Positions 33,037 through 45,693 are shown, counted from the whole stretch's first letter. The stretch: 61,151 bases of DNA, filler included, from Sphacelaria rigidula (GCA_964200075.2; 10 parts of 10 records of this genome joined end to end with filler, not necessarily neighbours in it); one strand, 5' to 3'. Program-made: numbers and translations. Notes: generated by a model not told the origin, from the sequence alone.

Positions 33037-34490
33037 GATTCTCGCCAGCGGTCGGTGGTACTTCGACGCCGTGGTAGAGTACAACACTCCAGACGCTGAG
33101 TATAGATGCAGTCGATCGATGCAGCGTGTGTTTTGCAGGGTTGACTTCGTTGTCGGTCGGTGTCCTCGTATCCTCCGGCGTCGGTGTAGTTGATTGTCTT
33201 CTCCGATGTCGGTGCTTGAGTACGACCACAGGTATCGATGGTAGACAGCTTCTCTTACGTCACACGGAGGCAGGAGTGATGACGATGATGGTATTAGTAT
33301 GCTGTGAGGGAGTGTTGGCTGCGGACTGAGAGGTGTGCGTGCGGCTGTGTGTGGATTGATGCAACACAGCGGACCCCGGCAGTAGGTTACACTCGAGCAG
33401 ATGCCACAACCCAAAACGGTGTGCAAAATAATCAACCATGCTTGTACAATCGGGGCAAGTTTGGGCTCCTTCAAACCCGGGTCTAATTAGCTGTGCCAAT
33501 TCGTATTCAGCCCCCACCACCGTTTCCACCGAATCGCGCCAAGGAGTGTCGGGACCCAAACTTGGCGAGTTCATCGAAATTCCACGGTTGCGAGTTTGAA
33601 ACACAGTGTATTTCAGTCCACGACCACCCCATACATTCGGCAGCTTTTTGGAGAGCTGATAGTCCCGAGTCCTCCCATATTTCGCAGCGCGCCCTTTGCC
33701 GAGGACGCCGTATACAGACATTTCTATTACCCGAGGGTTCTCGTCACGACACTCATCACAACTATTTTGATGGTGGTGTGATCCAACTAGGTTACGGTTG
33801 GTTATCATTAGCCTTGGCGTTCGCCTGACCCGTATGACTCCCAGAATGCGTACGAGTATAGTCTGCTGAATCGGCATCATTTCCACTTCGAAAAGGAGCG
33901 TGAGACTCAGGTTGTCTATCATGGCGGGCACGGGTCGTCCAATCCAGAATACACCACGGTCGATATAACGAGAACGTGTCGTGAACGATCTCCGTCGCAT
34001 AGCACATCAGAAGGGTACGTGCATTTGGAGTTTGAGCGAACCCAAACTTGCATGAAGGTGTGCCGTGGTATGATAGGTTCTATGGTTGATGACTCCACAT
34101 AGATAGACCGTTACAGGACCCATCCAGGCGTTGTAACTTACTGTCGGGGTCCGCTGTGTTGCACCGCGCGGCGCCCGGCCGCCAACACCCCTCACTGTCC
34201 GCAGCCAACGCTCTCTGCATCTTATCACCATCACCACTTGCTTCTACCGGCTGCACACAAAGGAGACAAGGCTCACATCCCCGTCTATTATCGACACTTT
34301 TCGTCGCACTCAAGCATCACCACAACAAGGAAAGAGGCAAGAAGTACTGGCGACAGGATACGAGGGTGAACTAATCGACAACAAAACCACCTGCCATGCT
34401 GCATCGATTGGTTGCATCTAGACGCGCCGAGTGAAACACTCCACTGCACCACAGCAAAGAAGTACGGGACGCCAGACGCCAGCGAGAATC

Positions 34491-34560
34491 ATGAAGATCA
34501 ACGCTGTTTTCTTGGCCGCCACTGTTGCCGTCGTGGACGTCGGAGCAGCTCAAGATGAAG
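34491..34560 (+). CDS. Putative first exon encoding a signal peptide (paralogue 2, possibly a pseudogene)
   Basis: MKINAVFLAATVAVVDVGAAQDE with the same GCGAGAATCATGAAGA start context. Donor unclear; downstream frames contain stops. Confidence 0.4.
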
Positions 34561-35569
34561 TTCAGTTATTATTTCTATTCTACGCGTACAATCGTCGGGA
34601 ACAGGAACGGGATATTTGTGACTGTATCTTCGAACGCAAACACCATGATGAAGGATGACACAGGATATATATGCAGGATCATGATGAGTAGGGCGCGAGA
34701 TCTACAGTACGTGGATGTCCAGATGAAGCAGAAAAGACCACGCGGCTCGTGAAGGATCTTGGTGGTCTTCTCTCGTGTCTAAAAGATGTGCGGTGGGCAC
34801 TTTCGCGAGTGCCGGCGGCCGCTATAGCTTGCGTAATACGTACGAAAATAATCAGCACACCAGGGAGCAGCGCAGACAATTCTTTCGGAGAGAACACCAT
34901 ATTCGTGAGATTCAGAGCGTAATACACACATGGAGACTATATAATTAATGAATTCATTGGTTGGTTGGGATTGGGGTTGTTTGTCGGATGCCTTGTTCAT
35001 AATTGAACAACATTTATTTTTAGGGCAAGGGAACGACAATGGGTGTTTGGTTCATGGATGAAAAAAAAAAAATCGGGCAAGGGAAAGATGATATCGGATT
35101 CAGATTGGATGCTTCAGCGTTCGTTACAGACAACTTTTTTTTGTTTCTGTTTGAGCACACGTCCTGTGCATGCAGCTACCGTACAGTATCCCATTCGAGG
35201 AACTCGACGGTCTGGTTGGTGAGATACCGCACAAAGCATTTTTACGCCTGGGGGGGGCATTTCGGAACTGAAACTGTTTCAGACACTAATCGGATTTTCC
35301 CGAAAGAGGGGATCTTTCGTCGCAGTGGACTGAAGACATCGTTACGATCAAGTGAAGTGTCAAGTTGATCGTGTAGGTGACAGCTTTCATTAAAGCCACC
35401 CCTTCACCAGCTGGGCGCATCACTCCTCCAACTGTGGCGATGTCATCATCGACGGGAAAGTCAATTGTTTCGGATCTCACTCTGAGTCCGATATTACACT
35501 CTGGATCTCACGGATATGGTATTCGACGTAGCCCACCCCCCCTTCCCTTCCCGCCCCAGCTCCCCGCGG

Positions 35570-36090
35570 AGGGCATTTTTTCGGAAACTGTCCTGCTTAT
35601 TTTTATTTTCATCAACTTCGTTGCAAGAGATTCATCAATAAACACCAGTTCGATATCTTCTGTTAATCTTGTTACAATACATTGATCAATAAACACTGAC
35701 AAACACCGAAGAGTCTGGTGGGCTTCGCGAGGTTCGTATATCTCCTTCTTCTGCTCCTTGTCCGCTCTGTCCGAATGACTCCAGAAGCCGGAGGGCAGCT
35801 TTCCGGGATTGTCGTGTTTTTTGGGTATTTTCCTTCGAATTTTGTTGCAAGAAATTAATCAATGAAAGCTTAGACAAACCGAAAAGTCTCGTGGGCTTCG
35901 CGGGGTTTATATATTTGCTTCTGCTCCTTTCCCGCTCTGTCCCGATGACCGCAGGTGCTGCAGGGCATTTTTCCGGAAATTGTCATGATTTTTTGGATAC
36001 ATTTTCTGTCGACTTTGATGCGAGAAATTGATCAATGAACATTGACAGAATCCGAAAAGTCTTGAGGACTTTGCGGAGTTTTGTATTTGC
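35570..36090. repeat. Diverged tandem repeat, ~170-bp unit, about three copies
   Basis: Recurring GGGCATTTTTCCGGAAA..TTGATCAATGAA..CCGAAAAGTC..GGCTTCGCG..TTCTGCTCCTT..CCGCTCTGTCC. Confidence 0.75.
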
Positions 36091-36225
36091 TCATGTGTCT
36101 TGATAAATAGTATATGATACTTCGTGTATATATTGAGGGGTAAAACATTCATATGTATATGCATATGAGGATCTTTACTATTAATATCGACGGCAGCTGA
36201 CCACATCCGCCAAAGCTTCGGCAAC

Positions 36226-36429
36226 AGAGAGTTTCGGAAATCGCTGTTTTGTCATTTTAGAGTGGAAATACCTCAGGATCATTCGGAGTGCAGAATACAA
36301 ATAAAAGTCATCGAAAACAAAGTCAAGGTGGTACCATATTCGACGGAGGGGAAAATAATTTGTCGTTACACTCTGTTCCTGAGATACTTGCACTCTGAAA
36401 TGACAAAAACGCGTTTTCCGAAACTATCT
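36226..36429. mobile_element. Small inverted-repeat element (MITE-like)
   Basis: AGTTTCGGAAA..TTTTGTCATTTTAGAGTG..CTCAGGA pairs with TCCTGAG..CACTCTGAAATGACAAAA..TTTCCGAAACT. Confidence 0.6.
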
Positions 36430-36455
36430 GATAAACCAGGGGACACGGCTGGGTG

Positions 36456-36651
36456 CCCCCCCCCCCGATGGTCTGATGACTATAGCATGCATGATCATGA
36501 GTACACCCCTCCCCCCTCAAAAGCTGGTTAGACACCCATGAGGCAGTGTGAAAGCCGTGTCTGTTTCTGGAAGTGGCGATACCACAGAATGAAACAACTC
36601 ATTGTTGGCTGTCATCCAAATGCAAGATAATCAGTAGGCTTCGGGCCGAAC
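36456..36651 (+). mobile_element. Family A tail-only copy between C-runs, followed by the 5' head of another family A copy
   Basis: C11-GATGGTCTGATGACTATAGCATGCATGATCATGAGTACA-CCCCTCCCCCCTC, then TGGTTAGACACCCATGAGGCAGTGTG.. from 36525, matching the heads at 51440 and 43163. Confidence 0.8.
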
Positions 36652-36752
36652 NNNNNNNNNNNNNNNNNNNNNNNNNNNNNNNNNNNNNNNNNNNNTTAAT
36701 TAATTAANNNNNNNNNNNNNNNNNNNNNNNNNNNNNNNNNNNNNNNNNNNNC

Positions 36753-38192
36753 AGGACGTGCGGCGATGAGGGCTGCTCGAAGCAGCCGTCGTATGGTGTA
36801 GCAGGAAGCAAGAAGGCGGAGTTCTGCTCTCAGCACGCCGGGGCGGGAATGGTGGATGTGGTGCACAAGGGGTGTGGCCACGAGGGCTGCTGCAAAAAGC
36901 CGTCGTATGGTGTAGCGGGAAGCAAGAAGGCGGAGTTCTGCAGTAAGCATGCCAGGGCGGGGATGGTGGATGTGATACGCAGGATGTGCGGTGACGAGGC
37001 CTGCTCGAAGCAGCCGTCGTACGGTGTAGCGGGAAGCAAGAAGGCGGAGTTTTGCAGCAAGCATGCCAGGGCGGGGATGGTAGATGTGATTAGCAGGACG
37101 TGCGGCGATGAGGGCTGCTCGAAGCAGCCGTCGTATGGTGTAGCAGGAAGCAAGAAGGCGGAGTTCTGCTCTCAGCACGCCGGGGCGGGAATGGTGGATG
37201 TGGTGCACAAGGGGTGTGGCGACCAGGACTGCCCCTTGCGCCCATGGTGTGGTGTGGCGGAAAGCAAGAAGGCGGAGTTCTGTATCAAGCATGCCAGGGA
37301 GGAAGTGGCGGATTTGCAGGAAAGGTGCGACGACGAGGGCTGCTCGAAGTATCCATCTCTCGGCGTGGCGGGAAGCCACACGACGGAGTTCCGCTCCAAG
37401 CATGACAGGGCGGGAATGGTAAATGTGGTGACCAAGAAGTGCGGCGGTGAGGGCTGCTGCAAAAGGCCGTCGTGTGGTGTAGCGGGAAGCAAGAAGGCGG
37501 AATTCTTCAGCAAGCATGCCAAGGCGGGGGTGGTTCGTGTGGTGAGCTACAAGTCTAGCAAAGAGGGACGGTTGAAATTGGATAATCTCAAGAACGACAA
37601 CCCTCATGAGGCAATGTTATACGGACAGCATCCCACTGCGCATGAAGCAGCTTTAGTATACGACATGGAATACCTCAACAATGGGGAGGCCACCTCCACT
37701 CGCAGCACAACCGACTGTGGCGGAGGAAGCATTGCTGGAGTGCGAGGAACAAAACGCGAGCGCGCACCATGCTCGAGTTCTGGTACAAGCGACGTTGTTG
37801 ATGCTCGACGTGGTGTGTACCCTCTTGCAAGGCGGATTGGTGTAACACCACTGTTACTTTCGGGCCAGCTACCCTCAGGGGCTGATCGTGAGGTGTCTTC
37901 CGTGCCAGGGGTAGGAGCAGGAATAGAGGTCGAGGTGGCAGCTCCTTTTTCTACACACGGTGGCGCTGAAATGGGAGAGTTTCGCAAGCATACTTCCCTA
38001 TTGAGGGGTTGGAGCAGTTCAGGTGGAAAGAGTAGCTCCAGCAGCAGCAGTTGTGGTGTGAATGCGGGACGGCTTTATGGTTCACCAGCAGTTGTATGTG
38101 GGTCTGCTGGCGGGTTTGTTGACGTGGAATCAGTAGAAACGTTGGAGGGTTCAAACGTGAAGTTTGAGCTAGGAGTGGCGTCCGACAGATGA
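36753..38192 (+). CDS. EsV-1-7 cysteine-rich repeat protein (5' partial), at least 7 repeats plus a Ser/Gly-rich tail
   Basis: Open from the contig edge. ~38-aa repeats CxxxxCxKxPSYGVAGSKKAEFCxxHAxxGMVDV match the EsV-1-7 motif family expanded in brown algae. Stop at 38192. Confidence 0.92.
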   Translation, partial: RTCGDEGCSKQPSYGVAGSKKAEFCSQHAGAGMVDVVHKGCGHEGCCKKPSYGVAGSKKAEFCSKHARAGMVDVIRRMCGDEACSKQPSYGVAGSKKAEFCSKHARAGMVDVISRTCGDEGCSKQPSYGVAGSKKAEFCSQHAGAGMVDVVHKGCGDQDCPLRPWCGVAESKKAEFCIKHAREEVADLQERCDDEGCSKYPSLGVAGSHTTEFRSKHDRAGMVNVVTKKCGGEGCCKRPSCGVAGSKKAEFFSKHAKAGVVRVVSYKSSKEGRLKLDNLKNDNPHEAMLYGQHPTAHEAALVYDMEYLNNGEATSTRSTTDCGGGSIAGVRGTKRERAPCSSSGTSDVVDARRGVYPLARRIGVTPLLLSGQLPSGADREVSSVPGVGAGIEVEVAAPFSTHGGAEMGEFRKHTSLLRGWSSSGGKSSSSSSSCGVNAGRLYGSPAVVCGSAGGFVDVESVETLEGSNVKFELGVASDR

Positions 38193-39203
38193 TGGATGGT
38201 GCTGTTCCTTGTACTGATCTTGTTCAGATTACGCGAGGAGTATGCTGGACGCCAGCTTGCACGACCCGCCCCCTCAAACGGAAAGTGGCTGGTACGGATT
38301 GGTTTGCTCTCTCGATGCGAAGGAGCTCGCAAGGTTGTGGGGTTCTGATATCCCAATGCTATGTTCCACCAGGGTGTCGTAGACCCTTGGCTTTACAGGT
38401 GTGATCGCCATGTGCGTTGCAGCCATGTGCCAAGAGCTGCCCCAAGGTAGATGCACCATGGAAGTCGGCCACCCGAAGAAGCGTAACACTGCCGTTGACG
38501 TACAACTCATGCATCAGTTATGTGGAGCTTTGTCTGAATGATGCAGTGCGATTTTCGAGGTGTATGTCTCGAGCACCGCGGTGAAGACACGGAGACGGGC
38601 ACTTTTTTCCAAAAATCTAGTCTGGTTGAGGGGCTCCCAGCAATTCCAGGTGCTCAAGAATATGGATCAGGGTTTCCCTGTTTGCAGATTCATTCTGGAT
38701 ATCCCTACGAGTAGCACCTTGAAATAATAATCCTGGCGTACTCTGACATATTTTATAAATCGTGTTTCTGGACGAGATAAACCGCTCCTATTACAGACAG
38801 GGCCGGCCAAAACGCGAATTTGTGGTTTGCAGACCCTATCTCACCTCAAGTTGTAAGTTAGACTCCGAAATTGGTTAGGGAAGAACAGGGCATGCCCAAA
38901 CGCTTCCGCGCGGGACGCGTTTCTTTTTTTTTCGTGAGTTAACGGTGTTACGTGATATTCCAATTTTTAAATCGGTTGTTGTCTCAGGCCATTTGAAATT
39001 TGGCATAGGATTTCTGTGACAGAAAATCTTCGGCAGGATTTTTTTTTTTTTTCAGAAGATTTTTAAAACCAATCAGAACCTTTCAAGAACCTTGACCAAA
39101 CTTTCGAGATCCTCACCCAAAAATTGCCCAAAACGTGACCCGTTTCCCAAATATTTTAATCGCTTTTGTTTTGATTTTTCTGTCAAACAGAAATCAAATA
39201 TTG

Positions 39204-39986
39204 CCATCACCAGCAGTAGCCACGCGTGGGAGACACACTCCACGTGCACAGCTCCCACAGAGATGCGCACAGCTTTATCTCCCAGAACTTCGTCGAGTAA
39301 GCAAGCATGGAGCCATCGGCGGGTAGTACGTACCAGCGCTGTCCAGCACGGTGGCTATCACTCGCAAGGTGCGTGGGTGTTGTCGCACGGTCGAAACGCG
39401 GACCGTCTACGATAAAGAGCAGAAGCAGCAGCATTGGCACCGGCTGATCCAGACCCAACCGCAGCCGCGTACATTTACTGGCGATAGATATGCGTCTGCT
39501 GCTGCTTCTCGTGAGGGCGGCGGTCCGCGTTTCGATGTGCGACAATACCCATGCACCTGGCACGTTGTTGCCTCCTCCCTACTTGAAATTGACTGTGATC
39601 TGTTTGCGTGTTGTTCCCCACATAGCATTTTCAGTACGAGTACAGTACGTATCAATTGCTCTCCCCTGTACTGGACGCTGGCTTCATTCCCATCACCAGC
39701 AGTAGCCACGCGTGCGAGACACACCCGACGTGCACAGCTCGCACAGAGAGATGCCCACAGCTATATCTCCCAGCACTTAGCCTAGAGGGAAGCATAGACT
39801 CATCAGCGGGTTGTACGGACCGGCATCTTCCAGCACGGTGGCAATCACGCGCAAGGTACGTGAGCGCTGTAGCACGATCGAAACGCGGACCGTCCCTTCC
39901 ATGAGGAGAAACGGCACCAGCAGCAGCAGCAGCAGCATCGGCACCGGCTGATTCAGATCCACCCCCAGCCGCGTTCATGTACTGGC
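39204..39986. repeat. Direct duplication of ~280-300 bp (39204-39482 and 39690-39986)
   Basis: Both start CCATCACCAGCAGTAGCCACGCGTG and share GCAAGGT..TCGAAACGCGGACCGTC..GGCACCGGCTGAT. Confidence 0.85.
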
Positions 39987-42896
39987 AGGGAAGATGCTGC
40001 TGATACTGCTGCTGTTGCTTCTTCTCCTTGTTGGGTGTCGATGCAAGGCCCATGAGACGTGCTAATCGCAGCACATTTCTAGTTCATTGAATACTGTCTG
40101 TACAACAGGTACATGCTAATCACGGTGGCTGAACCCTCAGTGCATCGCGAAGCGATGTGGGTGGAACGTACTAGCAGCATTCACCTGTTGGCGTTCTTGT
40201 CTGCAACGCGACTGCTATCAATCGCAAACACATGATGACGTGCTCCCATGCCACCAGCCAACATAGCTTATGTCCAAGTTTCACGGAAAAAGGTCAATCG
40301 AAAGTAACCTCTGGCACAACCCGACGCGCCGACGAGTTCATGACAGCTACAACAGAAAGATAGGACGAACAGCTCAATTTCCGGAATAAAGGTGTTGATG
40401 GACAGATCCGAAATGTTGCCTTTTTTTCCGGCAAATTTGCAGCTTTTGACCTATTGATTTATGGATAGATTGACCTTTTTCCGACTGTTCCGCGTGTCAT
40501 TTTCCAACGAGCCAGATTCCGCCCACATATAGGCACGTCGCCCCCATACAAACCATTATCCCTCTGCGCAGCATCTTTCAAAACATTTGGTGCGTGTCAT
40601 ATTTCGGAGAAATGAAGGTAGCTCACAGAGATGAGACTTGTAGAGCGCTGTTGTTGGAGCGTTACTCGTTTGATTGACGGATGAAGATCGCGCAGTGTTG
40701 CACAACACGGAGGGAAGAGCGAATCATGCTGTTCCCGTCGCGTGCGGAGTGGTCCGTTCGACAGAACCACGGGCACCCATCTGCACGGTATTGATTAGTG
40801 TTGGCTCGCCGGTGGTAGCACAATGAGAACAAAATGCAAGAGGTCTGTGAGACTGCGGACTGCGGGAGGGTCTTTGATACACAGGCCAGTCACCACTTGA
40901 TCGATAAGTGTTGTGTGTAGTTTAGCAGAGATCGCGCACTGGGTACCATGTGCGTGCTCGGTCGAGGTACGTGATTTTTTCGAAATCAGCGGCTGCATAC
41001 TCGTCGGATCAACGAGTAACGGTCATGGTACGGTCCGCATCTGCCTCGATCTCCTGTATTTTTTTACCGCAGGCGACGCAAGCGCGAGATGTAATGGATT
41101 CCCCACGGGGAAGGCACGGCCTCAGCGATCGCTTGTGCGGACCGCTCATAGGCATCATGCACTCTACAGGTGATGATGGCGCATGTCACTACACAGGTTT
41201 GTCGTGTGCTGCAGTATGTCGAGGCGGTTTGATCTGCGTAGAGGATTGTCTCGTGTGCTTTGCTGTTTTTGTGTCCGGTCCTGTACAAATGGGAGAAATC
41301 ACACTCTGTTCAATCGGAGCCAGCACATCCAACGCGGAATACAGTCGGTAGTACAGCAGTATAATGATGCCGCACTCTCTCATATCTCTCGCTACTCGTC
41401 TCGTGGTCGAGTCTGCGTGACTTCCCACTGCCAGCTCGAGCATAAAAGACAATGCTCTGTGTTGATAATTACAAAGCTCAAAAACATTATGGTCGCTAAC
41501 CTCCCATCTATGTATGTATGGTGTACACCAACCAAGTATAACGGGAAAAGAGCTGCCGCTCCGTGTACCAAGAGAGGTACCAAGAGAGGCACGGAAAACC
41601 CGAGGTAGAGGGAGTGACGTGTATCAAAACAGACACCATGGCGACGATATATATGTGCTTGTGTATGTTAGTCGTGTTGACTGTTTCGGTACCACCATGT
41701 ATGAGCACACCACGTATCTAAAGAAAAATTGAGTTATGACCTACTCGTACAGACAGGAGGGTACACTGTCAATTTGAATGTAGGTACACAAAAGCGCAAC
41801 TGAAACACGGAGCATTGTACAACGCTGTACAGAGAGTACAGTGTAGTGTCTCGATATTATCTCCCCCCTCCCGCTGCGTTCCTCCCTTCGTCAATGAGGA
41901 TCACTGAAGGAAAACATTCTGCCAAACTCCTAGGTAGCGTGACCCCTCTCTACGGTCACAACTGTTGATGTTTTGAGCCCTTGACCGCTAGGGTGGGGAT
42001 TTCCGAAGTAAAAATGATGCCGACGAAAGAGAGGACCCAGCATTGGGGTGACACGTTCTCCGTGTTCTTTCGAAGAGCGGGCGGATGCCGTGGAGACGGT
42101 ACGATGCAGATGCTTGTTTCTGTTCCGACTGTGTCTCATGCTTGATAATATATGGTTCATACCGAGAGTACCCAAAACAAAACCTCCGAGATCCCATGTA
42201 GCTTTCCCTCCCCCGTCCGGCGATCGTCAGATTTCGTTTTTGTTTTCACAGTGAGAAACACTCACTATACAGCCATTTTACGGCGACTTGGGTGAGGTAG
42301 CGCCCATGACTGTTGGCCCTATCTGCCACCATAACACTGGACGCAAATAGGCGGTGCAGATAGATGCGCTGAGCTCGATTGAGGAAGCATCGCAGGTCAT
42401 TGGGTTTTTTGTCTGGTCTTGTTGTCGTGGAAGTGTGATGTACAACGTAGTGCCGGAACACATGAATATATATAACTCGACCTCAGCTCCGGAGGTATGC
42501 GAAGAATAAAAGATTCATCACCACGAATTGTTATTTTATATATACTTTGTTTTGTTTACTTCTTTATTTTTCATCCTTTACTTATACATGGGATTTATTA
42601 ACCTTCCCTCCCCCCGCCCGGAAACACCCAGGATTGAAAAGATCGGCATAGGGCCTCGCATTTGGTTTTAGGCACTCCTGTTCATACCAGAAAATATATG
42701 GGTGTGTATCACAAAAAACAGCCGATTTTATATTTTGGGGTTCATACAAAATATGGGGCTGAAGTGGCATATCTGTNNNNNNNNNNNNNNNNNNNNNNNN
42801 NNNNNNNNNNNNNNNNNNNNTTAATTAATTAANNNNNNNNNNNNNNNNNNNNNNNNNNNNNNNNNNNNNNNNNNNNGGCTGGAGCGGCGCGCGGCG

Positions 42897-43163
42897 GGGG
42901 GGGGGGGGGGGGGGGTTACTCATGATCATGCATGCCAATGACTCATTGACCGCGCACCCCTACAAAGCCGGGGTGAAACACGCCGAGTGTTCAACGGGTC
43001 AGGCTCGCAATCAATCACCAAGCGCCAAGCGCCGTGACGTGTTCAACGACTCGCATCAAGAGTCAGCGGCATCCTGTTAAAATTATTTGGCACAAAACGT
43101 ACTGATTATCTTCCATTTGAAAGACAGCCACGGCTTACACACTGCATCATGGGTGTCTCACCA
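42897..43163 (-). mobile_element. Family A element with internal deletion, ending in poly(C)
   Basis: Head TGGTGAGACACCCATGATGCAGTGTG at 43163; tail GCATGCATGATCATGAGTAA plus C-run. Confidence 0.75.
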
Positions 43164-44180
43164 TTCAAACACTGCCTAGTATGATCACCCCCCTTGCGCG
43201 ATGTCGAGGTTCTTCAACTCCACCCGAAATTATCTAGCTCGGCCACCATCATGGTTACCGCAAAACAAACGCAAGCGTCCAGGAATAAATCGGTACCCTG
43301 GTTGCCTAGCTTACACAGTGAGTGGCGTGTTTTACAGCGCCATTGCCAACCGACGCCAAAAGCACCTGCCGGACCCCAGTGTTTTTGCTGTAACATGAGA
43401 ACATCGAGAATGGGCGGCAAAGTCAAACCCCAACAAAACAAAACAGATACATGCACCTGCAGGAGACAAATCTCATTGTACGAGTACTTCATATACGCCC
43501 GCCGACTAAACTCACTGCATATCAATATACCTTGCATCCTAATGTCGTTTCTATATATATATATATATATATGTATAGGTCCCGTGCCCCGTAGAGGAAC
43601 ACTCAACACGAGTCAACCTACATCACTTGTTGAACATGATCATATTTTGCTCGTTCTCCCCCAGATATGTACGCCTTGACAGCGGTGTGCAAGTCAACTG
43701 ACTCCCACACACCCAATCCGCCGTCTGCCCGAAAGAAATTATGACGATGGAAGGGAGGACACGCCGCATGAGGACAAAACCTTGAACGTGGTACATCGCG
43801 TATAATCAATACTTGAAAACACCAAGCAAGGACAGTTATTCTTCGTTCGTATTTTTTCAAATTCTGATATTTTTTCTTCCTACTGTTTCTGACAGTACAG
43901 CCAACCACTACTATATATATACTAGAATACAGAGTGGAGATACCAAGTTAACATACATCTCACGACGCACACAAGAATCCCCGAAAGAATGAAAAAAGAA
44001 GCGAAAAAAAAAAAAGCAACCTCCCGGCTCGGGGGGGGGGACGGGGTTGGCGGGGGGGACAACCCGGGGAAAAACAGCACGCAANNNNNNNNNNACACAA
44101 ACTAAACAACACTTAAACAACCACCACATAAAACCCCAAAATAATCAAAAAAAAAACAAAAAAAAAAAAACGCAACTTAC

Positions 44181-44285
44181 CGGCTCAAGGAGGAAGACGT
44201 TGTTGGCCTGCGTCAGATTGATGCCCACCGCGCCGGACCTTACAGAGAGCAGGAACACCGTTGTTGGGGGGTCGCTCGCGAATGC
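44181..44285 (-). CDS. SNF2-RING helicase (RAD5/HLTF-like), exon with helicase motif V
   Basis: CCAG|AFASDPPTTVFLLSVRSGAVGINLTQANNVFLLEP|GTAAGT; 105 nt. Confidence 0.9.
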
Positions 44286-44913
44286 CTGGTGCAGCAAACA
44301 GGGGAAAATACATATAATAATTATAATAATAATAATAGGGCAGGCTACAAAATACCGACAGGTACTATGATATATTGCTGCAAACCTCATCTATGAATAA
44401 ACCAGGTACATTCCGAGATTCTCACTTGTTCTCTGTAGGGTGTATCAGGGTACGTCCTTGATCCTGAGCACATCCGCTACTGGGTAAGAGTCCCACACAA
44501 TCGCGGGGTGCCTATCTCACCATGATCCCGACAAGACGGCCCAACCGAACCTCCGGGGAAGGCCGGTGCAAACGTGCCCGAATAATCGAAGAAGGCATTG
44601 GGTACAGACCTACTCCTGGGTCCTGACGGACAAAAAAAAAAAAAGCTATACACGTAGCTGCTGCGCTCCGGAGTCAACTAGTTCCTTCACCATATCCGAC
44701 CTCACGGTCGACGAGGGAGAGGGACTGCTGATCCCGTCTCCCGAAAAAAAAACAAGGCAAGCACCACAGAAGGGGGGTGCAGGACTGAAACATTAAAAAA
44801 ACAAGAATCTCGTGTGTTAGCCGTCCTCTGGTGTGACCTCGGCTGGTGCGCCCCACGCAAACCGAAAGGTGTAGACTAGCGCCGAGAACACACACACACA
44901 CACACACACACAC

Positions 44914-45054
44914 CTTGAGAGCGTCGCTCCGCGCCTTCCTCGTCATGGACCCTGTCAGCGTGCGGAACTGGAAGCCCTTCTTGGGCAGCTCGTGCTTGAG
45001 CCACTCGAGGGAGGAGTTGAACTGGGAGAACACCAAGCTCTTCGAGGACGGATC
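44914..45054 (-). CDS. SNF2-RING helicase, exon with helicase motif IV
   Basis: ACAG|DPSSKSLVFSQFNSSLEWLKHELPKKGFQFRTLTGSMTRKARSDALK|GTGTGT; 141 nt. Confidence 0.9.
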
Positions 45055-45598
45055 CTGTTCAAGTTGACGGTTTGGACACGATTCATCACGGTTCTTTTTG
45101 AAACGAAGACCTCACACCTCGAACAACACACCCCAAGAGCGACCTGAACACTAATTCTCACGCGTGTACTGATCCAGATCATGAGCTACAACAGCTCATT
45201 TCGCCCCCCCCTTCAGCGCTGGACGCTGAGCACGCGACGTCGCGCAAAAAATTGCGCTCTGACTTCTCTCACCCCGCGGCCACGTGCTGGGTGGCTTTGA
45301 ACCACCGGATGCGAGAGTATTCTTTGATTAGTTACTTTAGGCAGCTCACGAGATGTCCGACGTTTACGTTCTGGCAACTCATGCTTTCTTCCACATCACT
45401 CCGTCTCCACGCATATTTCCGTCATTTCTTCTCATAGATCATGTCTAGTGCCGTCACTACTTGTCGCATACCATCTCATCTTCGCACCAAAAGCACCATC
45501 GACCTACGGCACGATATTTTTCGAAAATTGAATGGCCTCATCATGACGAGATATCAGCCTCTGAACGATCCTTCGCCTGTAAAACGAACACCACCGAC

Positions 45599-45693
45599 CT
45601 TCTGTTGGATCTCTCCCAACCGTCGCACCAGGGCCTTTAGCTTAGTCTCCATTAGCACTCCAGGCGTGGCCGCTGACTGGCTGCTCGATCCAC
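45599..45693 (-). CDS. SNF2-RING helicase, linker exon
   Basis: CGTAG|(G)GSSSQSAATPGVLMETKLKALVRRLGEIQQK|GTCGGT; phase 1 to 0, compatible with neighbours. Confidence 0.85.

Noticed and set aside
36696..37607. 303-aa minus-strand ORF
   Set aside because: Antisense shadow of the EsV-1-7 repeats, and it runs into the spacer.
36753..38192. Endogenous phaeovirus insertion
   Set aside because: Only the EsV-1-7 motif is present, and it is a host-expanded family. No capsid, polymerase, integrase or gene-dense viral context.
40620..41350. Cys-containing coding-like stretch
   Set aside because: Stops in all plausible frames and no recognisable domain.
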